Source: Ostrea edulis (lineage: Eukaryota). From it: 64,000 bases of DNA. The DNA is taken from NCBI RefSeq assembly GCF_947568905.1, contig NC_079164.1, positions 16,492,001-16,556,000 on the forward strand, written 5' to 3'. Below, one piece after another: positions 61,801 to 64,000 of this stretch. The translations under genes and the position numbers were made by a program. Each line of letters begins with the position of its first letter. The stretch's first letter is position 1. A model generated the notes under the pieces. The model was not told the DNA's origin. It ran no database searches and saw only the letters and a program-made list of their open reading frames with translations.

Positions 61801-63094
61801 CAAAAATAAAAACTTAAATATTTTTTGGGGTACTTAAATTTAATCATTTGTGTAGTACAGTGGATTAAAGCTGGCAATCTATTGAGTCCTGCAAGGGTTA
61901 TCATTTTCTCCTTGAGACTTTACACTAAAATTGCAATTGTTTGCTACATATCAGACAAATCTTAAAATTTCCTACACCAAAGCTCTATTACAAATATCCC
62001 ATAATATTCATTTTTGATTGGTGTGTTATACTCCCTTAACAGGAAATATTCACAGAATATCCAGTCACTCTCAGCTCAGGAAATTTTGTGACAAATCCAC
62101 TCTAAGATCTAAAGTCTTGCATCTTCTACCTCAAAGTTGCATCTTTACAACAACAACAAAATGATGAATTCCATAGGAACTAAGTCTCATCTTTGATATG
62201 TTTGTAAGCAATTTCTCAAATATGAGTAACTAAATTAGGGAGCAACTATCTTCTCAACTGAGTTTTACCAACGACGCGTTAGTGGAGCCGTTAAAACGGA
62301 TGTTTATGTCCATTACATCAACATTAACCATCGTAAATAACAAACAAAATCGTTATTCCCATTCTAATGCAATTTACGCATTTTGTTTGATATTTATGTC
62401 TTATTTCATTGAGTCTGGACTATTTGTTATACTGTATGAAATATATTACAAAATGTTTTTCAATGTTTGTTTAATAGCCTCAAACATCCGTGCATTAGCC
62501 AATCAAAATGCAGATTACAAAACAGCTGCATTAGAATAGACAATGGCATATTCCATTATTTTGATGATCATTGTTTTTGGTTTCAACAAGCATTTTAAGT
62601 CCTGTAGAAATGCTAAAAAAAAAAAATAATGATAAGTGTGTTGGGGGGATGGGTGTAATAGGTGATGGTGGATGGTGGATGGTCATGGTACGTGTGTGTG
62701 AAAGCATGTTTTCATTCATTTCCTGAGAAAGTGCACGTTTAATTCCACAGAAGATAAATAAAGAGTTGTCTTTGAATTCTGCAGGCAATCAAACTAGGTT
62801 ACAGAAAATGTCTAATCAAACTAGGTTACAGAAAATGTCTAGAGACAATATATTTAATTCCCCATGTTGTACCAGTGGTCTCACTCATTCCACTAGTTAT
62901 TTATTTCAATAAGCTGTGCACCAGTATTCCTTGTGAATTTTACACGACTATGTACTGGCTCATGCTGACAGTGTTCATTTCCTCTCATTGAATAATTACC
63001 TTTCAGTATGCGAGCAGCCATCTTGTTCATTTCCATGGAGTTGTCCACACAGTAAAACTGTTTAACAGACTGGGGCCAGATACTGTTGGTTGCC
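50946..63094 (-). CDS. METTL17: Methyltransferase-like 17 (Rsm22 family, mitochondrial small-subunit assembly factor), 3' exons; 5' exons not identified (upstream of 63094)
   Basis: Phase-consistent exons 63000-63094 (ATNSIWPQSVKQFYCVDNSMEM), 61618-61691 (IPNVYFR), 59575-59682 (VICAFTL..LWERTEGYF), 57839-57907 (VLVDVGTYAG), 57393-57443 (IFAP), 56979-57071 (CPH..CP..PCNF), 54320-54389 (ERYCYVTFKRG), 51564-51699 (WPRI..HCVMCNPDG..RKRHG), 50946-51081 (ELYR..GDLLPV..*). Confidence 0.9.
54470..56945. repeat. 19-bp satellite, about 130 units, 2.5 kb, in METTL17 intron
   Basis: Unit ACAGTACAGACCTATAACT with 14-bp and 22-bp length variants. Confidence 0.97.
58362..58478. mobile_element. Short MITE-like element
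   Basis: Imperfect terminal inverted repeats CAGTGGCGTAGCTT ... AAGCTACGCCTATG. No clear TSD. Confidence 0.5.
58545..58765 (+). mobile_element. tRNA-derived SINE, eroded
   Basis: B-box-like GGTTCGATCC (about 58595-58604), followed by a body GGTAGTGA..GGTCTTTC.GAT..CCTTAA..GGAGGTCCC..GATAAAGAAC.CTCACTGCT that I recognise from bivalve SINEs. Confidence 0.55.
59660..59880 (-). repeat. ~42-bp tandem repeat made of a duplicated METTL17 3' splice site plus exon start
   Basis: Minus-strand unit ATGTTTGATTTGTTTTGTAG/GGT(C/T)(G/A)G(T/A)TCTCATTGGTTATTT in 4-5 copies; the last copy is the real acceptor at 59683. Confidence 0.85.
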
Positions 63095-64000
63095 CTGCAC
63101 AAAATAACAGAATGATGATGTACACAATATTCACTCCAAAAGACATTTATCCAAACATACACACATCTCAACTTTTGCTGAAGGTTGTTTATATCTTGCT
63201 AAATTCAAAAATTTTTAAATTTTGAAAAATTGCAGCTTTTATGTTCCCGAGATTTTTAACTTGGCTCAATCTTGACTGGGGGAAGGGTGGTTACCAACTG
63301 AAAACACTAAAAAAAATCATATAGGTATTTTTCACCTTCTTACTGTACACAGAAATGATAAATGATAATCAAGGTAAAATGTCTGCAGAAATACCCTTAT
63401 AATCTCTAACTATTTCCTAATTATCTTTCCTTGAAAATGGACCCATTACTTGAACAAACTTAAAGGCCCTTTACCTAAGAACACTTTATGGCAAGTTTGA
63501 TTTAAAATGACCCTGTGATTCTTGAGAGCATTTTTAAAAGGTAACATTCATTTTTTCATGATCTCCTCTTTGATGAGAGTGCAGCCCTTCATTGGAACAA
63601 ACAAGAATCCCCTCCCAAAAAGTCTGGTTGCTTTTGAAAATTGACATCAAATTATTCATAATAAGCATCTCCCCTTTAAAGAAAGTGTCACTGTGGCCCT
63701 TCATTTGAACTCAAATACCCTTTACCCGAGGCTAATATTTTGTGTGCCACATTTGGTTCAATTTGGCCCAGGAGACATTAATTATGTGGAAAGTTTTAAA
63801 ATGATAATGCTGACAGACATTGGACAAAGTTTGATCAGGACAGCTCACTTGAGATTTTGGCTGAATTGAACTAAAACTTGCAAAATACACCACAAAATTA
63901 ACATTAATCATAACTAAATTGGATTAAGGGAGATAATTTTTGATGACCTTGACCCTGATATGCTAGAATCCTTGACATCTTACCATACAGCAGATCCGAT

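Overview
AT-rich animal genomic DNA, most likely a bivalve (oyster-like repeat families), in two parts. (1) About 1153-19116 is an ~18 kb endogenous Maverick/Polinton (adintovirus-like) element. It carries pPolB, packaging ATPase, DDE integrase+chromodomain, adenain-like protease, major and minor capsid and basic core proteins. It is nested in a decayed Ty3/Gypsy retrotransposon, keeps only its right terminus (reverse-complement AGTAGT), and most core genes have stops or frameshifts. Its accessory genes include a PPP1R15/ICP34.5/DP71L-like eIF2alpha-phosphatase adaptor, a Pro-rich RING protein, a macrodomain protein and a BIR-RING IAP. The most striking observation is that two accessory genes each sit in a duplicated cassette resembling a replication-dependent histone gene. 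Upstream are YY1-like sites, a histone-H4-type GTTTTC-N5-GGTCCG element and a TATA box. A canonical histone 3' stem-loop, ACCCA/ACCCC and a purine-rich downstream element follow 23-29 nt after a stop codon (in the second cassette this needs a one-base frame correction). (2) About 19400-64000 is host DNA with NOP10 (+), ANKS6 (-) and the 3' part of METTL17 (-). It also holds Helentron/HINE-like elements, Penelope-like fragments, a SINE, MITEs and several mini/satellite arrays, some built from duplicated splice sites. All calls are by eye from sequence and remembered family motifs; no searches were run.
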